Positions 26,396 through 38,188 of a stretch of 64,000 nt of DNA are shown piece after piece. The notes under the pieces are model-generated. The model saw only the letters and a program-made list of their open reading frames with translations, was not told the DNA's origin and made no database searches. The stretch comes from Octopus bimaculoides (Eukaryota): contig NC_068986.1 in assembly GCF_001194135.2 (NCBI RefSeq), positions 2,755,062 to 2,819,061 of the forward strand, given 5' to 3'. How positions within the stretch are numbered: the stretch's first letter is position 1; each line of letters opens with the position of its first letter. A program made the position numbers and the translations under genes.

Positions 26396-27149
26396 CCAAA
26401 CAAGCATTGAGGTCAATGCAATCGACTTAGCACCTCCCCTCAAATTGCTGACCTTGTACCAAAATTTGAAACCAGTATTTTTTGATCTGGTTCTGAATTA
26501 GTTGGGCTGCTGCTTCAGAGAATTTTTAGCTGTTTAATATTTAATATTGTGTAAAAGGAAACAAACATATAAAAAGAAAATTTATACATAAACTTCATCG
26601 GTTTGAATTTTAGCCACTGCCGGGTAGTGTGTTTAATTTGTTCACTGAGCACTGCCACAAATTCCCCCTTGTTTTTCAAAAATCCCCCCTAAATCACAAA
26701 ATAAGTGGGGGAAATGTGTCCTATTTTTTAAATCCTGGTAGCAACACTGAAACTGGAAGCAGGATAATAATCTAATTCTAATCTTTATCCTATTCAAGAA
26801 TATAAACATGTTTTTAAGCACATCACATGCAGAGTTAAAAAGAAACACTACTTTTCTGAGTTTGAATGTTATCATGGTTGATAACTTAAGTTACTTTCAT
26901 AGTGTTTATCAATTACCTGGAATTTTAAATATGCAGCCTAATGACTTTTCTATTTAAATTCAACTAAACGTGTCACTGAAAACAGCTGCCCTACCCAAGA
27001 GTAAATAAGAGAAAGTTGTTTTTATAGTAAAAATGTGTCATTTATGATATTTATTTAGAAAGTGAGATAAGTAAATAGTTTCCCCCAAACATTGTATGTA
27101 TACTTATCTCTTCACTATACTTCCCACCAGTGGCATCTCATGTATTTTA

Positions 27150-28250
27150 GTACACCTATTCAATGAATCCACCATTACCATCAATGGCTGCTTTAATATG
27201 GGGTCAGAAGCATTGACGTACTTGAATCAGATGATCTTTATCAATTTTGGTCATGGTGAACTTGAGGGATTATATGGTGTTATTGGGGAGTTGATTGACC
27301 TTTCTCTCGACTATGCCCCATACATAATAGTCTAGTGGATTGAAGTCTGGTGAACAAGGAAATCATGTGTCTGGGGGGAATATGATCATGAGGATTGCCA
27401 CCCATCCATACTTGGTTTCTACTAGCCTTATGAGGTGGTGTAGGGTCTTGTTCAAAGATGTTTGGTCTTCCATTACAAACTCTACCCAGGGCTTCACAAC
27501 TTTCTCCAATACCTCTGTGTAGATAGAAGTATTGACCCTTAAGCTCTGTGAAGAAAAGTGAGGAAGCATGACATCTCTCTTGTTGCTGAAGACATCCAAA
27601 CCATAACAGTTGCTGGGAACTTAATATGCATGACCGGTGGAACCTCATTTGGGTCTCTGCATAACCATCTGTCCTTCCTTCAGTTTATCCTTTAGTCCTG
27701 TTTGATGTTTTTTCTCATTGGAGAAAAACCAAAGCATTCTAGTCTCTTCGTACTTAAACTTGTTTAGCAAGCACTTTGCATGGATTGGATGATTCTCTTG
27801 TCACATCCAACATAAACTGACCCCCGCCCCCTGCATCACATATAACTTGTAGAGGACATTCGGAGTGGTTGGCGTTAGGAAGGGCATCCAGCTGTAGAAA
27901 CTCTGCCAAATCAGATTGGAGCCTGGTGTAGCCATCTGGTTTCACCTGTCCTCAGTCAAATCGTCCAACCCATGCTAGCATGGAAAGCGGACGTTAAACG
28001 ATGATGATGAACACTTGATAGTGCAGTCTGAAAGCTTGAGGTCCTTTGCCAAGGCTCTGACTGACTTCCCAGGGATTTTATTGATTAGCTTTTGAACTTT
28101 TCTGATGGTATTAGGACTCTGTGTATGTGTTTTGTGTTTGGCTGCTGTTGGAACCCTGTCAGCAGCTTCTATCTTCTTTAAAACTTTGACGACTCATCAA
28201 ACTTTCAGGAAGTGAGCTATCTCTGTATCACTATACTCTACTATTAAGGT
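27150..28250 (-). mobile_element. Decayed Tc1/mariner (DD37D/maT-like) transposase remnant, interrupted by a young repeat at about 27860-28010
   Basis: Frameshifted motifs on - strand: SPDFNPLDYYVWGIVERKVN (about 27293-27353), IFEQDPTPPHKA (YVFQQDSAPxHKA-like), VLEKVVKPWV; boundaries approximate. Confidence 0.75.
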
Positions 28251-29119
28251 AACAATTACAACATGCCTTTCCAATTGCTGAGTTAGCCTGATATCTTACA
28301 TTATTTATCTGAAAAGTGAATAAAATAAGGTAGAAGAAAGTTAGAGCTCTTCAGAGAAGTGTCCTAGAAAAAAACAAAAAAAAAAAACTGATGCACCTTG
28401 TAGTATATATATAATTACATTTTTTAATATATATATTACAAGAATTTTAATCTGAAACTGTGGTGAAACTGATATTTCTGTACTTTAGGAGGGCCAAGGG
28501 TCATACTACTGATAAAGGCACACATGATGGTTGTAGTACAAAGTACAATAAACATACATACATACGTCCATACATACACACAAAATCATCATCATTTAAT
28601 ATCCACTTTTCTATGCTTGTGTGAATTAGAAGTAATTTATTAAAGCAGATTTTCTATGGCTGGACGCCTTTCCAATTCTCATGTTACCAATATTTTCCCA
28701 TAGCTAGACATATTTTTCAGAAAACGAACAACAACATTCACAACCAGCACATGATGTCTAGACACTTACAGTAGGGCTGAACCTGAAACCACATGGTTGG
28801 GAAGCTAGCTTCTGAACCACACAGCCACACCTATGCTGTATGTATGTGTGTGCAAATGTAGGTAAATAAAGTTTCTGTCAATGAAAAGCATTGGTCAATC
28901 TGAGGTTATGGAAGAAGACATTTCCTCAAAGTGTCAAGCATTGGGATTGAACCTAGAATCATGTGATTGTGAAGCAAACTTCCAAACCACGTTGCAGTAG
29001 CTATGTCACTGAATTTTCTTTGCTGTATTCTTTCTGTTGCTAAAACTCTATGGACTCCACAACCAAACAAAAAAAAGGAATGCTTGCGAAGACCTGTTGG
29101 GACAAGCGAAAGCGAAATC

Positions 29120-29490
29120 GTGATGGCACCTGTGCCCAGCGTCGCCTTCCTAGCACTTGTGCTGGTGGCACGTGTAGAGACATTCGAGCGAGATCATTGC
29201 CAGTGCCGCTGGACTGGCTCCTGTGCAGGTGGCACATAAACAACACCATTTTGAGCGTGGCTGTGCCAGTACCCGGCTGACTGGCCCTCGTGCCGGTGGC
29301 ACATAAAAGCACCCACTACACTCTCAGAGTGGTTGGCGTTAGGAAGGGCATCCAGCTGTAGAAACTCTGCCAAATCAGATTGGAGCCTGGTGTAGCCATC
29401 TGGTTTACCAGTCCTCAGTCAAATCGTCCAACCCATGCTAGCATGGAAAGCGGATGTTAAACGATGATGACGACGATGATGATGATGATG
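29120..29490 (+). repeat. Family B repeat (LINE-like 3' tail ending in (GAT)n, internal hairpin-like tandem units)
   Basis: gagtggttggcgttaggaagggcatccagctgtagaaactctgcc...gcatggaaagcggatgttaaacgatgatg; other copies at about 820-985, 1560-1900, 5100-5360, 16480-16700 (-), 19795-20230 (-), 21270-21545 (-), 23850-24130 (-), 27860-28010, 32855-33000, 33020-33220 (-). Confidence 0.85.
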
Positions 29491-30069
29491 ACCCATTATA
29501 TCAAAGTGGATTCATGAACCAGCGATATCTGTTCCAAGTATTCTACTTGTTTTATGTTAAAACTGGCCAGACTTGAGCTCTCACACAGATCCTACAATTT
29601 TCATTGTAAAAATATGCATTCACATGTTTGAAATATTCAAGTTACAAGATAATGCATGATTAATTAAAAACAATGTGAATAGACAAGCATTGCATTTGAC
29701 AGAATAATTTGTATGTTAGAAGTTTAAGAAAGTAAGCATCATAATAGAAAACATAGAATGACCCAATAATAAATCAACTGATAATAAATAAACTGATATT
29801 GTAGATCTCATGAAATACTAAATACACATATTTAATAAGTCTTGAAAATTTAATCTCAACCAAAATGAAACACAAATACATAAATACACGCACACACACA
29901 CACACATATTTGCAAAATTACCCACTCATAAATAACCAATACACAATACATTGCTGATGAACCTTGAAGCTCTTATCCCAATCTACATATACGCACACAC
30001 ACACACACACACACACATTAATAAAAGTGACCCACAAAAACAAAATCACTCAAGAATGCAATCTAAGAT

Positions 30070-30465
30070 TGATTTCAAATTTTGGCACAAGGCCAGCAAT
30101 TTCGAGAATGGGGGTAAATCGTTTACATTGGCCCCAGTGTTCAATTGGTACCTATTTTACTGACCCCGAGAGGATGAAAGGCAAAGTTGACCATTGCGGA
30201 ATTTGAACTCAGACTGTAAAGATGGATGAAATGCTGCTAAGCATTTTGCCAATCTAATATTAGCACCTATTTAAGCCAGTGAGCTGCCGGAATTGTCAGC
30301 ACATTGAGTAAAATGCTTAGTAGTATTTCATCTCTCTTTATGTTTTGAGTTCAAATTCTGCCAATGTCAATTTTNNNNNNNNNNTAAGTACCAGTTGAGC
30401 ATGGGTTGATGCAATGAACTTAACCTCTACCTCAAAACTTGGTCTTGTGCCAAAATTTGAAAACA
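30070..30465. repeat. Inverted pair of family A copies in PDPR intron 1
   Basis: + copy about 30070-30250 and - copy about 30270-30465 (small gap inside). Confidence 0.75.
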
Positions 30466-32464
30466 ATATTAGTACCTGTAAAACTCTTCCAGTCAAAACA
30501 AGTTTTTCCATAAACAAATTTCTTATTCTAATGAAACAAAGTGATTAGACAAAATACACACAAACACACACATATCCATGATTTCACAATAGGCTGTCAC
30601 AGTTTTCATCTACCAAATTTACTCACAAGGCATTGGTCAGTGAGGGGCTATAGTAGAAGATACTTGCTCAAGGTGCTGCACAGTAGGATAGAACCCAAAG
30701 CTACATGATTGCAAAGCAAGCTTCTAAACCACACAACTATGCCTTTTTATTACATAAGTTATTTATATCTTGTTTAAATACTAAATGAATTATTAGCCAA
30801 TAGGGTTATAATATATTGTAGTAGATAACTTCATAATTATATTTATGAGAAAACTGTCCTATTTTCAAGCAGTTTGTTCTCTTTTTCTTTTGTTTATATT
30901 TTGCTGTGTGATGTCTTTCTATTCTTATTACATGAAGCACATGAATTCAAATAAACAAAAGTAAATATTCAAATAAGTCTGAATTGTGAGAATAGCTGAC
31001 TGGATCCTATTCTGAGAAGTTTGAAAGATAAATATTTCAAAAGCTTTCATTCCGACCTTTTTATTTCTAGAAATCATCCCTCTCCCTGCCAATGTCTGAC
31101 TGTTTACACATTCAGAAATTGAAACTTCCACTTCAACGTTGATCATGTGATTGCTTGTAAATGATAAATCAATTTTGAAGCCATGACTTCTCTGTGACCA
31201 CATTATGTTAGGGTGGTAGTAGTCGGAAAATTTTCGACTTGAATGACAGCTCAACCAAAAATAAATAATTTGTGTCTATAGATTAAACAAATATTGCCCT
31301 GCGAGTCATTTTATGAAGGTAAGTTGTATCATATTTGACCACTAAAATTAGATTGTTTATATCAGGTGCAGACATGGTAGTGTGGTAAGAAGTTTGCTTT
31401 TGAACCAAATAGATGGAAACTGAAAGAAGCTTGTCTTATATCTATATGTGTGTACATATATGTATGTGGTCTGTTTCTGTCTCCTTGTCTTCACATCACA
31501 TGATGTTGTAAATGAATATAAGTGGTGTCCTTCATTCCCAATATTCTGTGAAAACATGTTGGCCATGGGGAAATATTATCTTACTTGGAAACAGGTAAAG
31601 GTTCATGACAGGAAGATCATCCAGCAGTTGAAAATCTGCCTCAACAATTTGTGTCTGATCCATGCAAGCATCAAAAAGTGGATGTTAGAACAATGATGAT
31701 ATCAATAAACCAAACATTGCACAGTAAGATAATGTTTTATGAAGATATATTACGATTGAGGATTGCTGGGTTTAAACTAATGAAACGCTATGATACTGGC
31801 TGAGGAAATGAAGTTTAGTATACATCCGATGTTTATGTGTATAAGTAAGTGTTGGCACTTGAGGCCCTACACTGATCAAGGTTAGCCATGCATGCAAGTC
31901 TATCTTCTCCATGCCACTGATGTCTATCCAAAGGAAGGTTCCTGACTTGGCACCAGTGTGGTTGCAGGTGCTTACTGCACCTTGCCTGACAGTTCTGCCA
32001 ATCCACATCTCTGGATCTTTATTGACTTCCAAAAAGATGAAAGGCAAAGTTGGCTTTGACAGTATTTGAACTTGGAGCTCCTCCTACAGTTGGAACAAAT
32101 ATCATGAAACATTCTGAGCAGCTCTTGTGATTCTACCAATTCACTTTCATTTTGTCCTTACTAATATTAATTCACATCAAGTAGATACTTTTGGTTTGAA
32201 CTGCAACCTTGGAAAATACTGACTCTGGGAAGCAGATTTACATAAAAGATGTTTAGAGCTCATTTTACAAGACACTGCAGTATCTAACTATGACAAGTCA
32301 GTAAGCAAAACTCTGATTCTGTTATATGATACAGGTTGATTTTCTAGGATAGTTTAAAAAAAACAAAAAAAAAAAACATGTTTTATACAAACATAGTGTG
32401 CTTGTGTGCATTCATAAATATATATGTGTGTGTGTGTGTGTCTGTGTATACACACACACACACA

Positions 32465-32790
32465 TATACATGGACTCTGAATGCAGAAGATATGCATAGA
32501 CTGAAGAGAAAGGAAGGTAGTATACTCCATTGGATGTACAACATCAGTGCACATGTACGACAAAGTGTATTGAGAGAAAAGTTGGGCATAAGAGGAATCA
32601 AATGTAGCTTGCAAGAGAGAAGACAATGCTGGTTTGGACATGTGATGTGTATGGATGAGGACAGCTGCATAAAGAAGTGCTGGTCACTGAATGTGGATGG
32701 TACCTGCAAAAGGAGACCCAGGAAGATGTGGGATGAAGTGGTGAGGATCTATCTCAGGATGTTGGACCTCATGGGGATATTTTTCTATAT
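32465..32790 (+). mobile_element. RTE-clade LINE 3' ORF fragment
   Basis: WTLNAEDMHRLKRKEGSILHWM...LREKLGIRGIKCSLQERRQCWFGHVMCMDEDSCIKKC...RPRKMWDEVV, the typical RTE C-terminus (RxxWFGHVxRM, GRPRKTW). Confidence 0.8.
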
Positions 32791-35061
32791 GTGACAGTGG
32801 ATTTTCATTGATGACTTCATGAACCTTGGTTCTTTCCCCTAAAACTATATATTTAGGAAGGGCATCCAGCTGTAGAAACTCTGCCAAATTTAGATTGGAG
32901 CCTGGTGTTGCCATCCGGTTTCACCAGTCCTCAGTCAAATCGTCCAACCCATGCTAGCATGGAAGGCGGACGTTAAACGATGATGATGATGATGATATAT
33001 ATATATCATTATCATCATCATTTAGCATCTATTTTCCATGCTGACATGGGTTGGATGGTTTGTCTGGAACTGGTAATCTGCCACAACCTATAAAGAATGA
33101 ATAGATACCAGTCTGCTTTGGCTTGGCTTCTACAGCTGGATGCCCTTCCTGATGCCAACCACTCCAAGAGTGTATTGGGTGCCTTCTATGTGTCACTGGC
33201 ACCGGCCACAACTATGGTTTCACTCAGCTTGTCTTTTCAAGGGCACTTACACACACAATAATGTATCTATTCATTCTTTATAGGTTGTGGCAGATTTGAA
33301 TGTCTTTGTTCTGCATACACCCCATGTATTGTACACACATATATAAACAGGAGTATTTATCCTCTTCTCACCCATTATCATTTTTATTATCCTATGATAC
33401 CTTTAACAAAGATGGGGGCATCTGACCAGTCCTTATCCAATTCTTCCACCTCTCATTATAGCTCTGTCTTGCTCCTGCCGGTACCCCACATCACTCAACC
33501 TCATCTTTCATCTCTGCAATTATAATGAGGTGTAATAAGGAATAACATCAGATTTTTTTCATATTAAGCACCCACTTCTACTATCCTTAATCTGCTAACC
33601 ATAATTCTCTCCCTTGCTCATGTGACTCTTAGTTGACGTCTGCCACTCTCATCATCATCATCAACACCATTGCACATCTTTATTTCTATCCTGTCACATT
33701 GCTCATGCTATTTTCCATCTAAATTCCTACCAACAACCAAGCATACAACTGCCACTGTGCGTCTCTTACATTACAGCTATTCTTCACTCTTACATCTCTC
33801 TGACACTATCACTCCTACTACCACCCATCTTTCTTGCTTTCCACCACTTACTCTCTCGTAACGTGACACATCTTTATTACTTTCTGATCAAACTGCTTAC
33901 CCTGTTTTTCTATTCAACCCTTTATCAACTACCAACAACCAATATATAGTAATCCCTGTGTCTCTTCCATTACCCCATCTCTGACCATCTCATTGCATGC
34001 ATACTCTCTCCTCTATCTCTGTGTTGGTTATCACTTTCTTCCTCAGGCTTTGAGAGAACTTAGACAATGTATAAGAGGAAAGATTCCTAAGTTTCACAAG
34101 GAACAAAACAACCTCCCTTATGTAGGTATCATGATAGAATGTACCCAGTACACCCTGTAAAATGGCGGTTGGCATTTGACCAGAAATTATGTAGGAAAAT
34201 GAGTATTCTTTAGTTGTGTCAAGGACATGGTAACCTCTCAAGTGCTGGTGCCACAATAAAATACCCTCAGTACATTTTGCAAAATGGTTGACATTAAGAA
34301 GGGCATCTGGCCATAGGAATCCTTTTTAAAATAAGAATGTACAAGTGATATGTTGTCCCTCAACTTGTCTAGGAGGGTAGCAATTCCAAATAAGAACTTG
34401 GACTGTAGCAATTCACCCAATTTAAGTCAGCATAGAAAACAGGTAAATATGATGATGATGATGATGGTAAATACATACATATGTACACATATACAGCAAG
34501 AAATAGGGGGTTTAAAATCCAGACAGATACTTTACAGGCACTCTGTTGTAATCCAAACTTAGCTAACTATATTGATCAGTAGAAAAACACTCGGAACCTT
34601 ACAGAGCATACAGTTAGTTGTACTCCTGATCAATTAGTAAATCTAAAGTTCACTTCCAAGAATTATTTCATATATTTACAAACATAAAAACAGAAGAAAG
34701 AGAAAAGAAAATGTAAAATAGGAAGTATTTTGTTTTATTAACTGAGGAAAACCATAGGAGTTTCTCAAGGGCTGACAGTTTCGTGCCAAATTATTTGATA
34801 TGTGCTTTTGCAATGTAGTCTAGGACCCCTAGTAACTCTTGTAACCGTCTTTAGCTAATATATTAAGAAATTACACGTACACATTCAAATGATGTAATTA
34901 GAGGTGAAATAAAGGTGAAAAACTGATGTTGAATGGTGTCACAATAATAGAAAAAATAGTGGATTCCCCGTGTTGCACAAACAGCTCCGGGTGTTAGTGT
35001 GTGTGCATGTGTGTGTGTGTGTGTGAGAGAGAGAGTGAGAGAGTAAATATTCTTAAAATAC

Positions 35062-35420
35062 CTTCCTTGCTCGAGTACAACCACATCAGTCCATCCTCGT
35101 TGACTGAGATGGTAGGCAACAGACAAGCCGACAACACCGCCGCCACAGATGACCACCCTGGCTTGATCGGGAACCTGTACTGTAGTTGAACTGGACGCCG
35201 TTGATGTTGATGACTGTGCTGATGATAACGCTGATAATGGTGATGATGACGATGATGGCAATAGCAAGGATGAAGACGAAAAACATCGAGTGAGTCCATG
35301 AACACAGCGTCTGCTCTGAGCTCCAGTAATGTTGCCGGTGAAAATCAATGACGAGGAACACGTTTTCCTTTTTAAACAAGCGTAACGTAGAGTGGGTTGG
35401 ACGAGTTTAAAGGGTTTCAT
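35062..35420 (-). CDS. PDPR: PDPR exon 1 (mitochondrial presequence, Ser-rich linker, GGGVVG FAD-binding motif)
   Basis: ATG at 35420; [19 protein letters not shown]...[33 protein letters not shown]; donor ag|gtattt; 359 nt. Confidence 0.88.
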
Positions 35421-37617
35421 ATTGACAATTGTATTATTACCAATAAACTGTTGCTAACAGTTATGAGAGCCAACAAGAAAATCACTTTAAACAACGTTGT
35501 CTGGAACGACGAGTTTGATCAACAACTGAATTGTTTTTTTACACGACAATTATTGGATAATTTATTATAAATATTTTACATATTCCTTAAATATATGTAT
35601 ATATATATTTGAAATTGATATTCATTTTACTTGTAATTAGTTAGCGACTATTTACTCCTTACAGACCGCAATAGGATGTACCCGAGGACTTGTTTATGTT
35701 AACATCATGTGATAATAATAACAGAAATCGTTGATTATACCCAGCCAGATATTTCACGAATAAATTCATAGGAATACTTCGTTAAATATTGAAGTGGAAT
35801 AGTAAATAGTAAAGCAATCCTAGCGGTTCCAAATTAAAAAGAAAATATAGGAATGTTTTCTTCTAGTGAAAACTTCCAGATGATATTTCTCTGATCGTGT
35901 TTCTCTATTTACTTAAAGGACATCGCCGTATTCCACTTGTAGTTTCACTCTACTGGTTGTTATTGTTGTGTGTTTTGCCTTTTATACTGGTGCCTCGTCT
36001 CGTGCTTCTATGCTGTCCTATCACAGCTGTTGTGGTTGCTGCCATCTTCGAATGTCAAGGAGGTTATTCAATCATTTCAAACTGCTAGACGGGCAGATAA
36101 CTTACACAGTATTCAACCCTCAAAATAAAAATAACCTCCACACTTTCTATCTGTCTCTCTCCATTTCACGCGGTTTCGTTTTTCAATCGTTTAATAATTT
36201 TCATCCTCAGTGTCGTTCTTAATCGCATTTTCAGAAACAACGAACTGAACAAATATAGAATAGTCTCCGATTGAAAAATTAAAAAAAATTCCCCCTGACA
36301 ATAAAATAAGTTATATTAGATATTCATATCGTTCGCGCGAGTCCTTTTATAAGCCAGTACTATGGGATTTCTCGAGTATTGTTTTCTTCTTTCTACAAAT
36401 CTAAACAAATGCAAATTCTGTAAATGCATTTCTGGCTCACATTACCGACAGCTGATACGAAATAGACCATGAATCGGTGTTAGCCGAATGTAGTTACCTG
36501 TAATACATTTCCCATTACCGTTCTACGCTTTATTTCGTTTATTAATTCTTCCACCGAGAACATATAAAATATCAACTAGTATCCATTTATTTATTAATGT
36601 TATTTTTTTTTGCACTTCCAGTGTTCATTATTTTTCAAAAGAGAGTCGGATAAACTATTAAATATAAATTTCGCTGCAACCTTTTCCTTTTCCGCTTTCT
36701 TTTCTATACAACCTTAAAAAACACCAAACATTATACCGTCAAAGAAAACAAATGCAATATCTAAAGGAATAGTAGATATTATAACTCTCACAGCACATTT
36801 ATTCACAACAAAAAGAAATAACTACAGTGGTGTACAGGCAATACATTAGAACTAACAAAAATTACTCCAGCCATCCTCGGGCCCCTATTCATCTTAACAA
36901 CTAATTGCAAGAACATAAAGCAGCCCACTTCGCATCATCATAGGTTTCACTCCGTCCAGATCTACACACACAATAAAACAAAAATATTAAAAATTAAAGA
37001 TTACAGGGATGTGCGATGGGTACAGCTTGTTGCAACTTTGTCCTAGTCACTACAAATAAAAAGTTAGCTCCGAAATACACTGGTATATCTACAATACGAC
37101 TAAATACAACATCACTATCTCTCACACGAATTCCCGTACAGTTCAAACGGTTCAGCTGTCTTACATTTTATTCAATTAGACTCCACAAGGTTTTCTCAAA
37201 TCCAACACAGACAACAGACACTTCTCTAACATACGCCGAACATATCCAAAACCGCACCCAAGAAGCAAAAGGACACTTATCACTTAACATATGTCAAAAC
37301 AGATGTCATCAACCTTCTTTGGCTCAGCTTACGCAACTTTCACAGCATGGCATTTTACAAATGCCTCTTTGCATGTTTTTGGGTAAAAAAAAAAAAAATA
37401 GTCAAAAAGAAAACATGATATACCTCAGCAATTTCAACAATAAAAGTGAAGCTAGTTTTACCCAGTTTTATTTTCCACATTTTCCTACCCTCTCACAACT
37501 AGCATGTTCCTTTCTTGGATGTTTGCGTAGACTAAAACTCCCGATTATGCTAAATTTTTATGGAAATTACTAAACAAAGCGAAGCTTATACAATGAATTT
37601 ATATTGCAGCTTACGTG

Positions 37618-38188
37618 GGATCTTTTTTAAAACGGGGGCCACATTTTTCATTAATGTTTTACGTAGTGTTTTTGGTACCGAAAGACTTTCAAACTTCGTA
37701 TACTTATCTATTTTGTGTTATAGAATAGAAAAATATTTTTGTATTCGAATTTATTTCATGTAAAAAATTGTCTTATTTCGATAATTTCAACCAATCACTG
37801 ACGTCCATTCAGCCGATATACATTAAGTGCCGACTACATAAACAAACGATTCTTCGTTTTATTTGCTTTTTTCATTTTAAATTTGCTTTAACCCTAACCC
37901 TAACCCTAGGGTTAGGGTTAGGGTTAGAGTTAGGGTTAGGGTTAGGATTAATTGTTTCAGAATCGTTTGTTTATGTAGTCGGCACTTAATGTATATCGGC
38001 TGAATGGACGTCAGTGATTGGTTGAAATTACAGAAATACGACAACTTTAACATGGAATAATTTATGGATTTCTTTTTTTTTAAGAAGACTAAGAGAAAAA
38101 GATGTTTTATATGACACATTCTACCAGTGTTCCAAGTTTCAAAGTGTTTCGTTAATGAAAAATGTGGCCCCCGTTTTAAAAAAGATCC
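37618..38188. mobile_element. Foldback/MITE-like element with nested inverted repeats and a telomeric-repeat core
   Basis: Perfect 37-bp outer IR (37618-37654 / 38152-38188), perfect 71-bp inner IR (37782-37852 / 37960-38030), (CCCTAA)n-(TTAGGG)n at 37888-37946. Confidence 0.75.

Larger units (their letters stand above)
8554..35420 (-). other. PDPR: Whole gene span: PDPR-like mitochondrial flavoprotein (pyruvate dehydrogenase phosphatase regulatory subunit; FAD-dependent oxidoreductase + glycine-cleavage T-protein-like domains), 17 coding exons, 2778 nt CDS = 925 aa
   Basis: 17 exons join in frame with GT-AG ends; GGGVVG dinucleotide-binding motif, PESFTPD, GGYENDC, and DLWPWGGEPIYRNG, which matches recalled vertebrate PDPR (DLWPWWGEPIYRNG) better than SARDH/DMGDH. 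Confidence 0.88.

Noticed and set aside
37016-37573. 185-aa ORF upstream of PDPR
   Set aside because: No splice or domain signal, composition like intergenic DNA
37888-37946. Telomeric repeats as a true chromosome end or fusion scar
   Set aside because: Only about 59 bp, embedded in a larger inverted-repeat element with ordinary flanks; a mobile-element origin is more parsimonious (kept as a foldback finding)
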